Numbered from the stretch's first letter, positions 41,021-51,767 are shown. The stretch: DNA of 64,000 nucleotides from Rhizobiaceae bacterium (GCA_050184585.1 JBFXAF010000009.1:37695-101694), one strand, 5' to 3'. The notes: generated by a model from the letters alone, not told the origin. Numbers and translations: made by a program.

Positions 41021-42412
41021 ATGACGAAGACCCGCACCGAGACCGACACGTTCGGACCGATCGAGGTGGCCGCCGACCGCTACTGGGGCGCGCAGGCCGA
41101 GCGTTCGCTGGGCAATTTCAGGATCGGCTGGGAAAAGCAGCCGCTGTCGATCGTGAGAGCGCTGGGCATCGTCAAGCGCGCCGCCGCCGAGACCAACATG
41201 GCGCTCGGCCGGCTGGACCCGGCGCTCGGCAAGGCGATCGTCGATGCCGCGCAGGAGGTGATCGACGGCAGGCTGAACGACCATTTTCCGCTGGTCGTCT
41301 GGCAGACCGGCTCGGGTACGCAATCGAACATGAACGCCAACGAGGTGATCTCGAACCGGGCGATCGAGATGCTCGGTGGCGCGATGGGCTCCAAGAAGCC
41401 CGTGCATCCCAACGATCACGTCAACATGAGCCAGTCGTCCAACGACACCTATCCGACGGCCATGCACATAGCCTGCGCGGAGCGCATCGCTCACGACCTG
41501 CTGCCGGCGCTGAAGCACTTGCATGCGGCGCTCGACGCCAAGGCGAAGGCCTTCGACCACATCGTCAAGATCGGCCGCACGCACACCCAGGACGCGACGC
41601 CCCTCACCCTCGGTCAGGAGTTCGGCGGCTACGCCGCACAGGTTGCCTCGTCGATCAGCCGTATCGAGATGACGCTCCCGGGCCTGCAGGAACTGGCGCA
41701 GGGCGGTACGGCGGTCGGCACCGGCCTCAACGCGCCGGTCGGCTTTGCCGAGAAGGTGGCCGAGACGATCGCGGCGATCACGGGCATCGCGTTCACGAGC
41801 GCACCCAACAAGTTCGAGGCGCTGGCAGCGCACGATTCGATGGTGTTCTCGCATGGCGCGATCAATGCCGCGGCTGCTGCACTCTTCAAGATCGCCAACG
41901 ACATCCGCTTCCTGGGCTCGGGCCCGCGCTCGGGACTGGGCGAACTTTCGCTGCCGGAAAATGAGCCTGGCTCGTCGATCATGCCCGGCAAGGTGAACCC
42001 GACGCAGTGCGAGGCGATGACGCAGGTGTGCGTCCAGGTGTTCGGCAACCACGCGGCGCTGACCTTCGCCGGCAGCCAGGGCCATTTCGAACTCAACGTC
42101 TACAACCCGCTGATGGCCTACAATTTCCTGCAATCGGTGCAGCTGATGTCCGATGCGGCGATCTCGTTCACCGACAATTGCGTGGTGGGCATCGAGGCGC
42201 GAGAGGAGAACATCAAGGCCGCGCTCGACCGCTCGCTGATGCTGGTGACGGCGCTGGCGCCCAGGATCGGCTACGACAATGCGGCCAAGATCGCCAAGAC
42301 GGCGCACAGGAACGGTACGACCCTCCGCGACGAGGCGGTCGGCGGCGGTTATGTGACGGACGCCGAGTTCGACGCGCTGGTGCGTCCGGACATGATGACG
42401 CGGCCAGGATGA
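41021..42412 (+). CDS. fumC: class II fumarate hydratase
   Basis: ATG 41021 ([16 protein letters not shown]...). Has the [15 protein letters not shown] signature. Confidence 0.95.
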   Translation: MTKTRTETDTFGPIEVAADRYWGAQAERSLGNFRIGWEKQPLSIVRALGIVKRAAAETNMALGRLDPALGKAIVDAAQEVIDGRLNDHFPLVVWQTGSGTQSNMNANEVISNRAIEMLGGAMGSKKPVHPNDHVNMSQSSNDTYPTAMHIACAERIAHDLLPALKHLHAALDAKAKAFDHIVKIGRTHTQDATPLTLGQEFGGYAAQVASSISRIEMTLPGLQELAQGGTAVGTGLNAPVGFAEKVAETIAAITGIAFTSAPNKFEALAAHDSMVFSHGAINAAAAALFKIANDIRFLGSGPRSGLGELSLPENEPGSSIMPGKVNPTQCEAMTQVCVQVFGNHAALTFAGSQGHFELNVYNPLMAYNFLQSVQLMSDAAISFTDNCVVGIEAREENIKAALDRSLMLVTALAPRIGYDNAAKIAKTAHRNGTTLRDEAVGGGYVTDAEFDALVRPDMMTRPG

Positions 42413-42544
42413 ACGGCCTCACGCATTTGTGAACGCATTGTGATCGGTTGTTCACAATAGTCGAACGAAGAGTTCGACGGTTCGGGGTCGATCAATGGAG
42501 CGGCTTAGGCTACGGCGATCTAACCAAACCGGAGTCGCCCCGAC

Positions 42545-42943
42545 ATGCAGAACAGCCTCGTCCTCCTCATTGCTCGCGTCCTCCTCTCGTTCATGTTCAT
42601 CATGGCCGGGTTGCAGAAATTCGGGGCCATCGAAGGAACCGCCGGCTACATAAGCTCCGTCGGCCTGCCCGCCGGGACGGCGCTGGCCTGGCTCTCGGCC
42701 ATCTTCGAGACCCTCGCCGGCATCGCGATCCTCGTGGGCTTCCAGACGCGGATTGCCGCTTGGGCGCTCGCCGCCTTCTGCGTGTTCACCGCCTTCATGT
42801 TCCACTACGTGCCGGGCGACATGATGCAGACGATGATCATGACCAAGAACCTGACCATTGCCGGTGGCTTCCTGGCGTTGTCGGTGGCCGGGGCGGGCGC
42901 ATGGTCGGTCGACGCAAGGCGGGGTGCGGTTGCCTACGCCTGA
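42545..42943 (+). CDS. DoxX family membrane protein
   Basis: 132 aa with 4 TM segments and the RVLLSFMFIMAGLQKF motif. Confidence 0.8.
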   Translation: MQNSLVLLIARVLLSFMFIMAGLQKFGAIEGTAGYISSVGLPAGTALAWLSAIFETLAGIAILVGFQTRIAAWALAAFCVFTAFMFHYVPGDMMQTMIMTKNLTIAGGFLALSVAGAGAWSVDARRGAVAYA

Positions 42944-42965
42944 CGCGTCCTCCCGATAATCGAAG

Positions 42966-42996
42966 AACGGCCGGGGCGACCCGGCCGTTTCTTTTT
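42966..42996 (+). terminator. rho-independent terminator between the two DoxX genes
   Basis: aacggccggg-gcga-cccggccgtt followed by tcttttt. Confidence 0.7.
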
Positions 42997-43045
42997 GCGC
43001 TGAAGACCAGCGCAAGCGCTATGATCCTCCCACAGGGAGGCTTTC

Positions 43046-43444
43046 ATGTTTGGCTGGTCGGTGCTTGTTGCGCGCGTCTTGCTCGCGACGATGTTCCTCG
43101 TCAGCGGATGGAACGCGCTGTCCGACATCGGCGGCACGACTGCCTATTTCGCCGGGCTTGGCCTGCCCATGCCTGGCGCGGCGGCTGTCCTGACCGGTGT
43201 GTTCGAACTGGCCGGGGGCATTGCCCTCTTGATGGGTCTGCTCGCCAGACCCTTCGCGCTGGCGCTGGCGGCCTTCACCCTCGCCGCGACCTTCATCGGC
43301 CACTACGGGCAAGGCGATGGCGCAATGGCCTTCTGGCACATGCAGATGTTCCTCAAGGACATCGCCGTCGCCGGCGGTCTGGCCGTCCTCGCCGTGCATG
43401 GACCCGGCGAACTGTCGATCGACGCGCGGCGCGACGTTCTCTAG
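43046..43444 (+). CDS. DoxX family membrane protein (tandem paralogue)
   Basis: 132 aa with an AGGGAGG RBS and the [16 protein letters not shown] motif. Confidence 0.8.
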   Translation: MFGWSVLVARVLLATMFLVSGWNALSDIGGTTAYFAGLGLPMPGAAAVLTGVFELAGGIALLMGLLARPFALALAAFTLAATFIGHYGQGDGAMAFWHMQMFLKDIAVAGGLAVLAVHGPGELSIDARRDVL

Positions 43445-44133
43445 GCGCCGAGCCTTCGCGCGAGTTCGGCGATTGTAGCGAGGTCGGAGGTGGCGCGGGG
43501 CTTGCGCGAGGCCACCAGGCACGCCTCGGACTTCAGGATCACCCCGTCCGACAGGACCTTCAGATTGTTGGCTCGCAGCGTCGAACCCGTCGTCGTGATG
43601 TCGACGATGACATCGGCGAGGCCCGCCGCCGGCGCGCCTTCGGTGGCGCCGAGGCTTTCGACGATGCGATAGACCTGGATGCCATGGCTGCCCGAGAAGA
43701 ACTGCTGGGTCAGCCGCCAGTACTTGGTCGCTATCCTGAGCCTGCGGCCATGGCGATGGCGGAAGTCGGCCGCCACGTCGTCGAGGTCGGCCATGGTGTC
43801 GACATCGTACCAGACATCGGGAACGGCGACGACGACATCCGCCCGTCCGAAACCCAGCCGCGCCGCGATCTCGGTGCGCGCGACCCAGTCGCCGACGGCC
43901 TCGCGCAAGAGATCCTCGCCCGTGACTCCGAGGTCGATCGTGCCGCGGCCGAGTTCGGCGGCGATCTCGGAGGCGGACATGAAGGCGACGTCGACGCCGT
44001 CGATGCCTTCGAGATGGGTTCGATAGCTGCGCAAATCGGGGGGCGCGGAGACGGTGAGCCCGGCGCGCTCGAAGCGTTCGAGCGACTGCTCCCGAAGCCG
44101 GCCCTTGGAGGGCAGGGCGAGGGTGAGGGTCAT
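43441..44133 (-). CDS. hisG: ATP phosphoribosyltransferase, short form
   Basis: 230 aa (LALPSKGRL...). ATGA-type overlap with hisZ. Confidence 0.9.
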   Translation of the reverse strand: MTLTLALPSKGRLREQSLERFERAGLTVSAPPDLRSYRTHLEGIDGVDVAFMSASEIAAELGRGTIDLGVTGEDLLREAVGDWVARTEIAARLGFGRADVVVAVPDVWYDVDTMADLDDVAADFRHRHGRRLRIATKYWRLTQQFFSGSHGIQVYRIVESLGATEGAPAAGLADVIVDITTTGSTLRANNLKVLSDGVILKSEACLVASRKPRATSDLATIAELARRLGA

Positions 44134-45236
44134 TCTTCCGCCCTCAACTGCTCGACCCGGTCGATCCAGACGGAAAATCCGACGCCCGGGATGGGCTGCT
44201 CGGCCCCGAGCAGAGTGAGCAGCCGGTCGTAGCGGCCCCCACCAGCCAGCGGACGTGACGCGCCGGGCGCCGAAATCTCGAAGACGAGGCCGGTGTAGTA
44301 GTCGAGTGGCCGGCCGAAGGCGGCATCGTAGGTGATGGCGGCGGCCGACAGGCCGTGCCCGCCGATTGCCGCCGCGCGTGCGGAGAATCCGGCCAGGCCG
44401 GCGTCGAGATCGAGCTTCGTCGCGGCCGCAAAGGCGGCGAGCTCGGAGGGCGCACGGTCGAGCGGCACCCGGATGGCGAGGAAACGCTTGAGCGCGGCAA
44501 AGGCCCCGTCTGCAAGGTGCACCTGTGAGAGCGCGGCCTTCTCGATGAGCCGGCGGGCAATCTCGTCCGGCGTCCGGCCGGCCGTCGTGGCGAGCCCGAC
44601 CACCTCCATGTCGGCGGCGATCCTTTCCGCGAGCGCCTTCTCGTCACCCGTTTCGGCAAGTTTCGCGATCACCGGGTCCAGGCCCGTGCCGGCCGACGGG
44701 CTGGCGAGGTCCGCGAGCGCCGCTTCCAGCACGTCGGGCTGACCGAAGGCGCGGGCAAGCCGCATCCTCCAGCCGCGTGGCAGGCCAAGCGCGGCGAGCA
44801 CCGCCTCAAACACCGCCTGGTCGCCGAGCACGGTCGTCAGCGTCACCGAGGGAAGGGTCAGCGCGAACAGGGCGTGCGCGTCGGCGATGGAGCGCGCATC
44901 GGCCTCCGCGATATCCGTTTCGCCGAGGTCTTCGACGCCGGCCTGTATGAACTCGTTGCCCCCCTCGCGCCGTTGGCGAAAGACCTCGCCGCAATAGGCG
45001 TAGCGGCGCGGGGTGGAGGCATGGCTGGCGATGTGGCCGAGGCACACGGGGATGGTGAATTCGGGCCTGAGGCAGAGCGTGGCGCCGGTCTCGCTCTCCG
45101 TCAGGAATATGCGGCGCCGCAGATCCTCGCCCGCCATGTCGAGGAACGGGTCGGCCGGCTGCAGCACAGGCACGTCGACGGGTTGTGCGCCACGGGCGGC
45201 GAACAGGTCGAGGATGGAGGCGGGCAGGGCGGTCAT
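44130..45236 (-). CDS. hisZ: ATP phosphoribosyltransferase regulatory subunit
   Basis: 368 aa HisRS paralogue directly upstream of a short hisG. Confidence 0.85.
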   Translation of the reverse strand: MTALPASILDLFAARGAQPVDVPVLQPADPFLDMAGEDLRRRIFLTESETGATLCLRPEFTIPVCLGHIASHASTPRRYAYCGEVFRQRREGGNEFIQAGVEDLGETDIAEADARSIADAHALFALTLPSVTLTTVLGDQAVFEAVLAALGLPRGWRMRLARAFGQPDVLEAALADLASPSAGTGLDPVIAKLAETGDEKALAERIAADMEVVGLATTAGRTPDEIARRLIEKAALSQVHLADGAFAALKRFLAIRVPLDRAPSELAAFAAATKLDLDAGLAGFSARAAAIGGHGLSAAAITYDAAFGRPLDYYTGLVFEISAPGASRPLAGGGRYDRLLTLLGAEQPIPGVGFSVWIDRVEQLRAEE

Positions 45237-45257
45237 GGGGAGGTAGCGGGGATAGGA

Positions 45258-45411
45258 CCCTCCTCTGGCCTGCCGGCCATCTCCCCCTCAAGGGGGGAGA
45301 TTGGCAGCTTCGGCCTGGCCACCCATCCTGCAACGGAGACGATTGGCGAAAGCAGACGCGACAGCCAATCTCCCCCCTTGAGGGGGAGATGGCCGGCAGG
45401 CCAGAGGGGGG
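45258..45411. repeat. RIME/REP-like element: two ~48-bp arms in inverted orientation
   Basis: Left arm 45258..45305 versus the reverse complement of 45364..45411 differs at 1 position. Each arm contains the internal palindrome ctccccctcaaggggggag. Confidence 0.85.
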
Positions 45412-45440
45412 TCGTTGCCGAGCGTTGGACTTGAGAAGAC

Positions 45441-46982
45441 TCAGCCTTCACGGCGCCGCTCTTCCTTCTGCGCCTCGAGAATGCCTCTCACCGTCGCCAC
45501 CAGCTCGGCCTCCGGCACGGTCACCTGGCCCGGCCGTGCTTCCTTGTACTCGGCGTGGTCGGTCATGCCCTTCGCAAGCTGTTCGCCGACGACGAGATCC
45601 TTGACCTGGATCGTGCCGGCCATGCGCTCGTCGCCGCCCTGGATGACGACGCAAGGACTGCCGCGCCGGTCGGCATATTTCATCTGCGCCTTCATGCCCG
45701 AGCCGCCGAGATAGAGCTCGGCGCGGATGCCGGCCCGCCGCAGTTCGGAGACCATCTTCTGGTAGCGGCCGAGGCTGTCGGTGTCCCTGTCCATGACGAG
45801 CACGACGACCGGGCCGACCACGTCGGACACGTCCAGCTTGCCGAGGTTCTTCAGCGCCGTCAGCAGCCGCGAGACGCCGATCGAGAAGCCCGTCGCCGGC
45901 ACGGGCTCGCCGCGGAAGCGCGAGACCAGCCCGTCATAGCGGCCGCCGCCGCCGACGGAGCCGAAGCGCACGATCTGGCCGTCCTCGTTCGGTATTTCGG
46001 CCAGCAGTTCGGCCTCGTAGACGGGGCCGGTGTAGTATTCGAGGCCGCGCACGACGGAGGGGTCGATGCGGATACGGTCTTCGCGGTAACCGGCTGAACG
46101 AATCATTCGGTGTATGTCGTCGAGTTCAGCAAATCCGGTTACCAACGTTGCATTCGACTTCATCTCTTCATTCCAAGAATGGATAAGTGCCGATTTGCTA
46201 ACGCCAGAGACGTAAGGTTGGTTTTCCACTACCGACAGAACATATTCTGCTTGTTGCCCATCCAGCCCGGCGCCCTTGGTAAAGTCGCCTTCGCCCTCCG
46301 TGCCGCCATCCCAGCGGCCGGGGCCGAGCAGAAGGCGCACGCCATCGACACCGAATTTGTCCATCTTGTCGATGGCGCGGAGCACGGTGAGGCGTCGACC
46401 GGAATTCTCCGGCCCGCCGAGGCCGATCGCCTCAAGCACGCCGTCGAGCACCTTGCGGTTGTTGACGCGGATGACGTACTGGCCGCGCGGGATGCCGAGC
46501 GCCTCCATCACGTCGGCCATCATCATGCACATCTCGGCATCGGCCGCTACGCCCGGCGTGCCGACGGTGTCGGCGTCGAACTGCATGAATTGGCGGAAGC
46601 GGCCCGGCCCCGGCTTCTCGTTGCGGAACACCCAGCCCGAGCGGTAGCTGCGGAACGGTTTCGGCAGCCGCTCGAAATTCTCCGCCACGAAACGCGCCAT
46701 CGGCGCGGTCAGGTCGTAGCGCAGGCTCAACCATTGGTCGTCGTCGTCCTGGAACGAGAAGACGCCCTCGTTCGGCCGGTCCTGGTCGGGCAGGAACTTG
46801 CCGAGCGCGTCGGTGTATTCGATCAGCGGCTGGTCGGCGGGTTCGAAGCCGTAAAGCTCGTAGACGCCCCGGATGGTCGCCATCATCGTCTCGGCCGCGC
46901 GCATGTCGTCGGCTGAACGGTCGACGAAACCTCGTGGCAAGCGTGCGGCTGCCTTGCTGGCTTTCTGATCGTGGTCGGCCAT
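45441..46982 (-). CDS. hisS: histidine--tRNA ligase
   Basis: ATG 46982 ([10 protein letters not shown]...). Class II motifs ([24 protein letters not shown]). Confidence 0.95.
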   Translation of the reverse strand: MADHDQKASKAAARLPRGFVDRSADDMRAAETMMATIRGVYELYGFEPADQPLIEYTDALGKFLPDQDRPNEGVFSFQDDDDQWLSLRYDLTAPMARFVAENFERLPKPFRSYRSGWVFRNEKPGPGRFRQFMQFDADTVGTPGVAADAEMCMMMADVMEALGIPRGQYVIRVNNRKVLDGVLEAIGLGGPENSGRRLTVLRAIDKMDKFGVDGVRLLLGPGRWDGGTEGEGDFTKGAGLDGQQAEYVLSVVENQPYVSGVSKSALIHSWNEEMKSNATLVTGFAELDDIHRMIRSAGYREDRIRIDPSVVRGLEYYTGPVYEAELLAEIPNEDGQIVRFGSVGGGGRYDGLVSRFRGEPVPATGFSIGVSRLLTALKNLGKLDVSDVVGPVVVLVMDRDTDSLGRYQKMVSELRRAGIRAELYLGGSGMKAQMKYADRRGSPCVVIQGGDERMAGTIQVKDLVVGEQLAKGMTDHAEYKEARPGQVTVPEAELVATVRGILEAQKEERRREG

Positions 46983-47157
46983 TGAACCGTTCGCCTGAGG
47001 AAATCCGCCGTATCGGGAGGGCGCGCGTGTCCTAACCGATGGGTCCGGCAGCGGCAAGGGACGAGGCTGTTACCCGGATCACCGCATGGCGACATGCTGC
47101 CGATACCGAATCCGACCACAAGCCGAGGCCAAAACAAGGCTCAAAAGGCCAACGGGC

Positions 47158-47412
47158 ATGTCCAAGAAGAAAAAGACCATCTCCTCCCGATCGACTGAGA
47201 AGGCTGCCGCCGGGCTGCGCCCCGCGGCGGCCGCCCTTTCCGAGGCCACACCGGCACCCGGACCGTTCGAGGCGAACCCCGCGGTCAACGGTCGCGCGAA
47301 CGATCTCGTGCGCGCCTTCGCGACCGGACTGCTCGTCATGTACCCGGTGGCGGCGATCGTCTGCGCGATCGTGGCGGCCAGCGCGCTGCTTGGCTTCGAT
47401 ACGCCGGCGTGA
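47158..47412 (+). CDS. hypothetical small protein with C-terminal TM segment
   Basis: MSKKKKTISS...LLVMYPVAAIVCAIVAASALLGF. No family recognised. Confidence 0.4.
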   Translation: MSKKKKTISSRSTEKAAAGLRPAAAALSEATPAPGPFEANPAVNGRANDLVRAFATGLLVMYPVAAIVCAIVAASALLGFDTPA

Positions 47413-47442
47413 CTCCCTTCTCCCACGAGGGGCGCATGGGCC

Positions 47443-48078
47443 TCACGGCCGCCGGAATTGTCTCCGCTCGAGTTCGCAGACGGGACGGCACAGGCAGCCT
47501 TCGATGTGGTCGTTCACCAGTCCCATGGCCTGCATGAAGGCGTAGCATGTGGTGGGACCGACGAAGGTCCAGCCGCGCTTCTTCAGCGCCTCGGAGAGCG
47601 TCACGGCGGCTGGCGGGGCAGGGTTTGCCGCGATCGTCGCGTAGTCGATCCGGCGCGGCCGGTCCTTCGCTCCAGGCTCGAAGCGCCAGAGGAAGGATGC
47701 GAGCGAACCGGCCTCGTCGACGAGTTCGCGCGCGCGATTGGCGTTGTTGATCACGGATTCGATCTTGCCCCGATGGCGGACGATCCCCGCATTGCCCATC
47801 AGCCGCTCGACATCCTTCTCGGTGAAGAAGGCGATGCGTTCGAACATGAAGTTGTCGAAGGCCTCGCGGAAGTTCTCGCGCTTCCTCAGGATGGTGATCC
47901 ACGACAGGCCGGACTGGAAACCCTCGAGGCAGATCTTCTCGAACAGGCGGTGATCGTCCGAAACCGGACGGCCCCATTCGTGGTCATGATATTCGCGATA
48001 GAGTTCGTCCTGTCCGGGCCACGAACAGCGCATCGCGCCATCAGACCCCGTCGTCAGTCCAGTCGTCGGCTCGCTCAT
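47443..48078 (-). CDS. tag: DNA-3-methyladenine glycosylase I
   Basis: YHDHEWGRPV, LEGFQSGLSWITILRKRENFREAF. Confidence 0.9.
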   Translation of the reverse strand: MSEPTTGLTTGSDGAMRCSWPGQDELYREYHDHEWGRPVSDDHRLFEKICLEGFQSGLSWITILRKRENFREAFDNFMFERIAFFTEKDVERLMGNAGIVRHRGKIESVINNANRARELVDEAGSLASFLWRFEPGAKDRPRRIDYATIAANPAPPAAVTLSEALKKRGWTFVGPTTCYAFMQAMGLVNDHIEGCLCRPVCELERRQFRRP

Positions 48079-48307
48079 GCGTCCCCTGTCAGGCAGGCCA
48101 TTTACCGGCGCTTTACCAGATTTCCGAACCGGCCGGTAACCACGCCCGCGAACCGGGCGGTAACCACACCAGAAGGTTTACGCGATCGATCGCATTTTCG
48201 ACATTCCGATTCACCTTTTTTCGGGGTCGGCGCGTCACCTTTCGCCTTGTGACGTCCGGACGACGAGCCGGGCGCATCTGTGACGATCGAGTGCGAGAGT
48301 GCGTCCC

Positions 48308-49057
48308 ATGCCCAAGAAGATCCTACTGCTTTTGTCGAGCGCGCTGATTGCGTTCCCCAGCCTGCCGGCCGCGGCGCGCGACCGCTACGCGGAACGGCCG
48401 CCCGTGCTGGTCAGTCCCGACCTCTCCGCGCCCTGGGTCTTGCAGCTTCGCGGCGCCGAGCCGCGGCGCAAGCTGGGGCAGCCGGTTCAAACGCGCCAGC
48501 CCGCGCCGGTGCGCAGGAAGCGCAGCGCCATCGTGGCGCCCGACCGCATGCAGACCGCCGCGGTGCCCGCTCCGGCCAAGAAAAAGATGCTGCCTCAGAT
48601 GGACCCGAAGTTCCTGCCGCAGCAGGTCGACTATTCGGGTCCGGAGAAGCCCGGCACCGTGGTCATCGATACGACGAAGAACTTCCTCTACCTCGTGCAG
48701 GCGGGCGGCAAGGCGCGCCGCTACGGGGTCGGCACGGGCAAGCCGGGTTTCGAATGGGCCGGGACGCACAAGGTGACCCGCAAGGCTCCGTGGCCCGATT
48801 GGCGGCCTCCGGCCGAAATGATCGCCCGCGAGAGGGCCAAGGGCCGTCATCTTCCGACCTATGTCGCGGGCGGGCCGGAGAACCCGCTCGGCGCGCGCGC
48901 CCTGTATCTCGGCTCGACGCTCTATCGCATCCACGGCACCAACCAGCCCTGGACGATCGGCGGCGCGGTTTCCTCCGGTTGCATCCGCATGCGCAACGAG
49001 GACGTGATCGACCTCTACGAGCGCGTCGCGATAGGCACGATGGTCAAGGTGATCTGA
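48308..49057 (+). CDS. L,D-transpeptidase (YkuD domain)
   Basis: Signal peptide from ATG 48308. Catalytic motif RIHGTNQPWTIGGAVSSGCIRM. Confidence 0.85.
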   Translation: MPKKILLLLSSALIAFPSLPAAARDRYAERPPVLVSPDLSAPWVLQLRGAEPRRKLGQPVQTRQPAPVRRKRSAIVAPDRMQTAAVPAPAKKKMLPQMDPKFLPQQVDYSGPEKPGTVVIDTTKNFLYLVQAGGKARRYGVGTGKPGFEWAGTHKVTRKAPWPDWRPPAEMIARERAKGRHLPTYVAGGPENPLGARALYLGSTLYRIHGTNQPWTIGGAVSSGCIRMRNEDVIDLYERVAIGTMVKVI

Positions 49058-49198
49058 ACCTTGCCGCGAACGCCCGCGAAGCCTTCACGAGGCTGAACCG
49101 CATTCCGTATTTGTGAAATCAATTGGCTCGGGACCGTTTCGCGCGGCCCCGGGGCGTGTATACTTTTACATACGATTTGGTCCGCGAGGGAACTGGTC

Positions 49199-50065
49199 TT
49201 GGACGTTTTCATCCGCGTCTTCCTGCCGCTGACGCTCGTCATCATCATGTTTTCGCTCGGCCTGGGTCTCAGGTTCGAGGATTTCAAGCGGGTTTTCCTG
49301 CAGCCAAAGGCCTTCGCAATCGGTGTCGGCACGCAGATCGTCGGCATTCCGGCGATCGCCTACGCGCTGGCCCTACTGTTCCGCCTTCCGCCCGAACTGG
49401 CGCTGGGCCTGATGATTCTCTCGTTCTGCCCGAGCGGCGTGACGTCGAACTTCATGACCAAGGTGGCCAGGGGCGACGTGGCGCTCGCCGTTTCGCTCAC
49501 CGGGGTCAGCAGCCTGACCGCCGTGCTCACCATGCCGATCCTGGTGAAGTACTTCGCCGGCGTCTTCCTCGGGCAGGCGGCCCCGGAGATCGACGTCACC
49601 GCGCTCGGCGTATCGATGTTCCTGATCACCGCGGTTCCTGTCGCTGCCGGCATCGCATTGCGACGCTACCGCGAACCGCTGGCGCTGGCCCTTGATCTCT
49701 GGATGTCGCGCATCGCGACCATACTCTTCGTCGTCGCCGTCGGCGGGGCGATCGTGTCGAACTGGCAACTCCTTGTCGACAACATCGCGAAGCTCGGCCC
49801 GAGCGTCGTTTCTCTCAACGTGGCGCTCCTCATCGTCGGACTGGCGCTGGCGAAGCTCTTCGGGCTCGGCCGCGAGCAGGCCACCACGATCGCGATCGAG
49901 AGCGGCGTGCACAACGCCACCCTCGGCATCACCGTGGGGACCCTGATCGCCGGCGCGGCGACCGGCTTGCCGATCTACAGCCTGCCCTCGGGTCTCTATG
50001 GCGTGACGATGTATCTCGTCGCGATCCCGTTCGTCTGGTGGCGCAGGAGCCTTGCCAACGCCTGA
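49199..50065 (+). CDS. bile acid:Na+ symporter (BASS) family transporter
   Basis: 288 aa polytopic protein with a TTG start. Has a BASS-like CPSGVTSN motif. Confidence 0.8.
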   Translation: MDVFIRVFLPLTLVIIMFSLGLGLRFEDFKRVFLQPKAFAIGVGTQIVGIPAIAYALALLFRLPPELALGLMILSFCPSGVTSNFMTKVARGDVALAVSLTGVSSLTAVLTMPILVKYFAGVFLGQAAPEIDVTALGVSMFLITAVPVAAGIALRRYREPLALALDLWMSRIATILFVVAVGGAIVSNWQLLVDNIAKLGPSVVSLNVALLIVGLALAKLFGLGREQATTIAIESGVHNATLGITVGTLIAGAATGLPIYSLPSGLYGVTMYLVAIPFVWWRRSLANA

Positions 50066-50068
50066 CGC

Positions 50069-51385
50069 TCAATTGGCGGGCATGTCTCCGAGCGCGGCGG
50101 GCTTCGGCCCGCCATGAGCCCAGTCGAGCAGTTCGACCGTATGCAGCACCGGCATGCCGACGGCGCCCGCGAGCTGCGTGATGCAGCCGATGTTGCCGGT
50201 CGCGACGGCGTCGGCGCTGGTGGCCCGGAGGTTGAGCGCCTTCCGCTCCTTGAGTCTAGCGGAGATATCCGGCTGGAGGATGTTGTAGGTTCCGGCCGAT
50301 CCGCAGCACAGGTGCCCCTCGCGCGGCTCGCGCAGCTCGAACCCCGCCGCCGTGAGCAGGTCCCTGGGCTGACGGGTGATCTTCTGCCCGTGCTGCATGG
50401 AACAGGCGGAATGATAGGCGATCGCAAGGCCGGGCCGGGTCGCTGGCTCCGGCATGGCCAGCGACGCCAGGTACTCGGTCACGTCCTTCGCCAGGGATGA
50501 GACCTTGCGCGCCTTCTCCGCATAGGCGGGATCGAGGCGCAGCATGAAGCCGTAGTCCTTGATCGTGGTGCCACAGCCGGATGCGGTGATGACGATGGCG
50601 TCGAGCCCAGCGCGTTCGACTTCGTGCGTCCACGCGTCGACATTGTTGCGCGCGGCGGCGAGGGCCGCTTCCTCGCGACCCATATGGTGGACGAGCGCTC
50701 CGCAGCAGGCTTCGCCCGGCGACACGACGACCTCGACACCGAACCGCGTCAGCAGCCGGACCGTCGCCTCGTTGATTGCTGGGTCGAGCACCGACTGCGC
50801 GCAGCCGGTCAGGAGCGCCACGCGGCCCCGCCTAGCGCCCTGCTGCGGGTGCACGGCGGCGCGCGAAAGCGGCGAGGTAGCGGGCACCGAGGCCGGCGTC
50901 AACGCCAGCATCGCGGCGAGCGGCTTCAGCGCCGGCACCGAACGCAACAGGCCGGCAAAGGGGCGCCCAAGCTTTGCCAGCCTGAGCGCCGCGCGGAAGC
51001 GGCCGGGGTAGGGCAGGACCGCCGCCAGCAGCGAGCGGACCACCCGGTCGATGAGCGGACGCCGGTAAGTTTCCTCGATATGCGCCCGCGCATGATCGAC
51101 GAGATGCATGTAGTTCACGCCGGAGGGACAGGTCGTCATGCAGGCGAGGCAGGACAGGCAGCGATCGATGTGGGTGACGATCTCGCGGTCGGCGGGCCGC
51201 CCGCCTTCCAGCATGTCCTTGATTAGGTAGATGCGGCCGCGCGGACTGTCGAGTTCGTTGCCGAGCGTGACATAGGTCGGACAGGTCGCCGTGCAGAAAC
51301 CGCAATGCACGCATTTGCGCAGGATCTGCTCCGATTCGGCGACGTGCGGATCGGCGAGCTGCTCGGGCGAGAAGCTGGTCTGCAT
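50069..51385 (-). CDS. glcF: glycolate oxidase iron-sulfur subunit
   Basis: Two 4Fe-4S motifs (CVHCGFCTATCP, CLSCLACMTTCP) plus CCG domains. Confidence 0.9.
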   Translation of the reverse strand: MQTSFSPEQLADPHVAESEQILRKCVHCGFCTATCPTYVTLGNELDSPRGRIYLIKDMLEGGRPADREIVTHIDRCLSCLACMTTCPSGVNYMHLVDHARAHIEETYRRPLIDRVVRSLLAAVLPYPGRFRAALRLAKLGRPFAGLLRSVPALKPLAAMLALTPASVPATSPLSRAAVHPQQGARRGRVALLTGCAQSVLDPAINEATVRLLTRFGVEVVVSPGEACCGALVHHMGREEAALAAARNNVDAWTHEVERAGLDAIVITASGCGTTIKDYGFMLRLDPAYAEKARKVSSLAKDVTEYLASLAMPEPATRPGLAIAYHSACSMQHGQKITRQPRDLLTAAGFELREPREGHLCCGSAGTYNILQPDISARLKERKALNLRATSADAVATGNIGCITQLAGAVGMPVLHTVELLDWAHGGPKPAALGDMPAN

Positions 51386-51389
51386 CTTG

Positions 51390-51767
51390 TCAGAAGAACC
51401 AGCTTTGCGGGTTCTTCATGGGCTCCTCGCGACCCAGCGCCTGCAGGCCGAAGATGATGCGCACGACGTACCAGACCGCGGTGGCGAGCAGCACGAGAAA
51501 ACCGATGAGTACGAACGCCAGGATGAAGCCGATGAAGGAGTAGAGCAGCCCGATCCAGAAGGTGCGGATCGCCCAGGTGTAATGCGTCTCGAGCCATGGG
51601 GGCGACTTGCCGCGGTTCACATAGGCGATGACAAGGCCGACGATCGGGGTGATGCCGATCACGAAGCCGGCCAGATAGAGGATGTAGACCACCTGGACGT
51701 TTGTCGCTCCGGGTTCCAGCCAGCCGTCGGTCTGGCGCGTTGGGGGTGGAGACACGGGTTCGGTCAT
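51390..51767 (-). CDS. small membrane protein (DUF4870-like) embedded in the glc operon
   Basis: 125 aa with 3 hydrophobic helices, located between glcE and glcF. Confidence 0.6.
   Translation of the reverse strand: MTEPVSPPPTRQTDGWLEPGATNVQVVYILYLAGFVIGITPIVGLVIAYVNRGKSPPWLETHYTWAIRTFWIGLLYSFIGFILAFVLIGFLVLLATAVWYVVRIIFGLQALGREEPMKNPQSWFF

Noticed and set aside
40931-42307. 458-aa minus-strand ORF
   Set aside because: It is antisense to fumC and has an Arg-rich artefactual composition.
42448-44232. 594-aa plus-strand ORF
   Set aside because: It runs through two DoxX genes in the wrong frame and antisense to hisG. It has an R/G/P-rich composition.
45185-45604. ORFs crossing the hisZ-hisS spacer (PLKGGDW / SPLEGEMAGRPEG peptides)
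   Set aside because: These are translations of the palindromic repeat element in both orientations. They have no independent coding signal.
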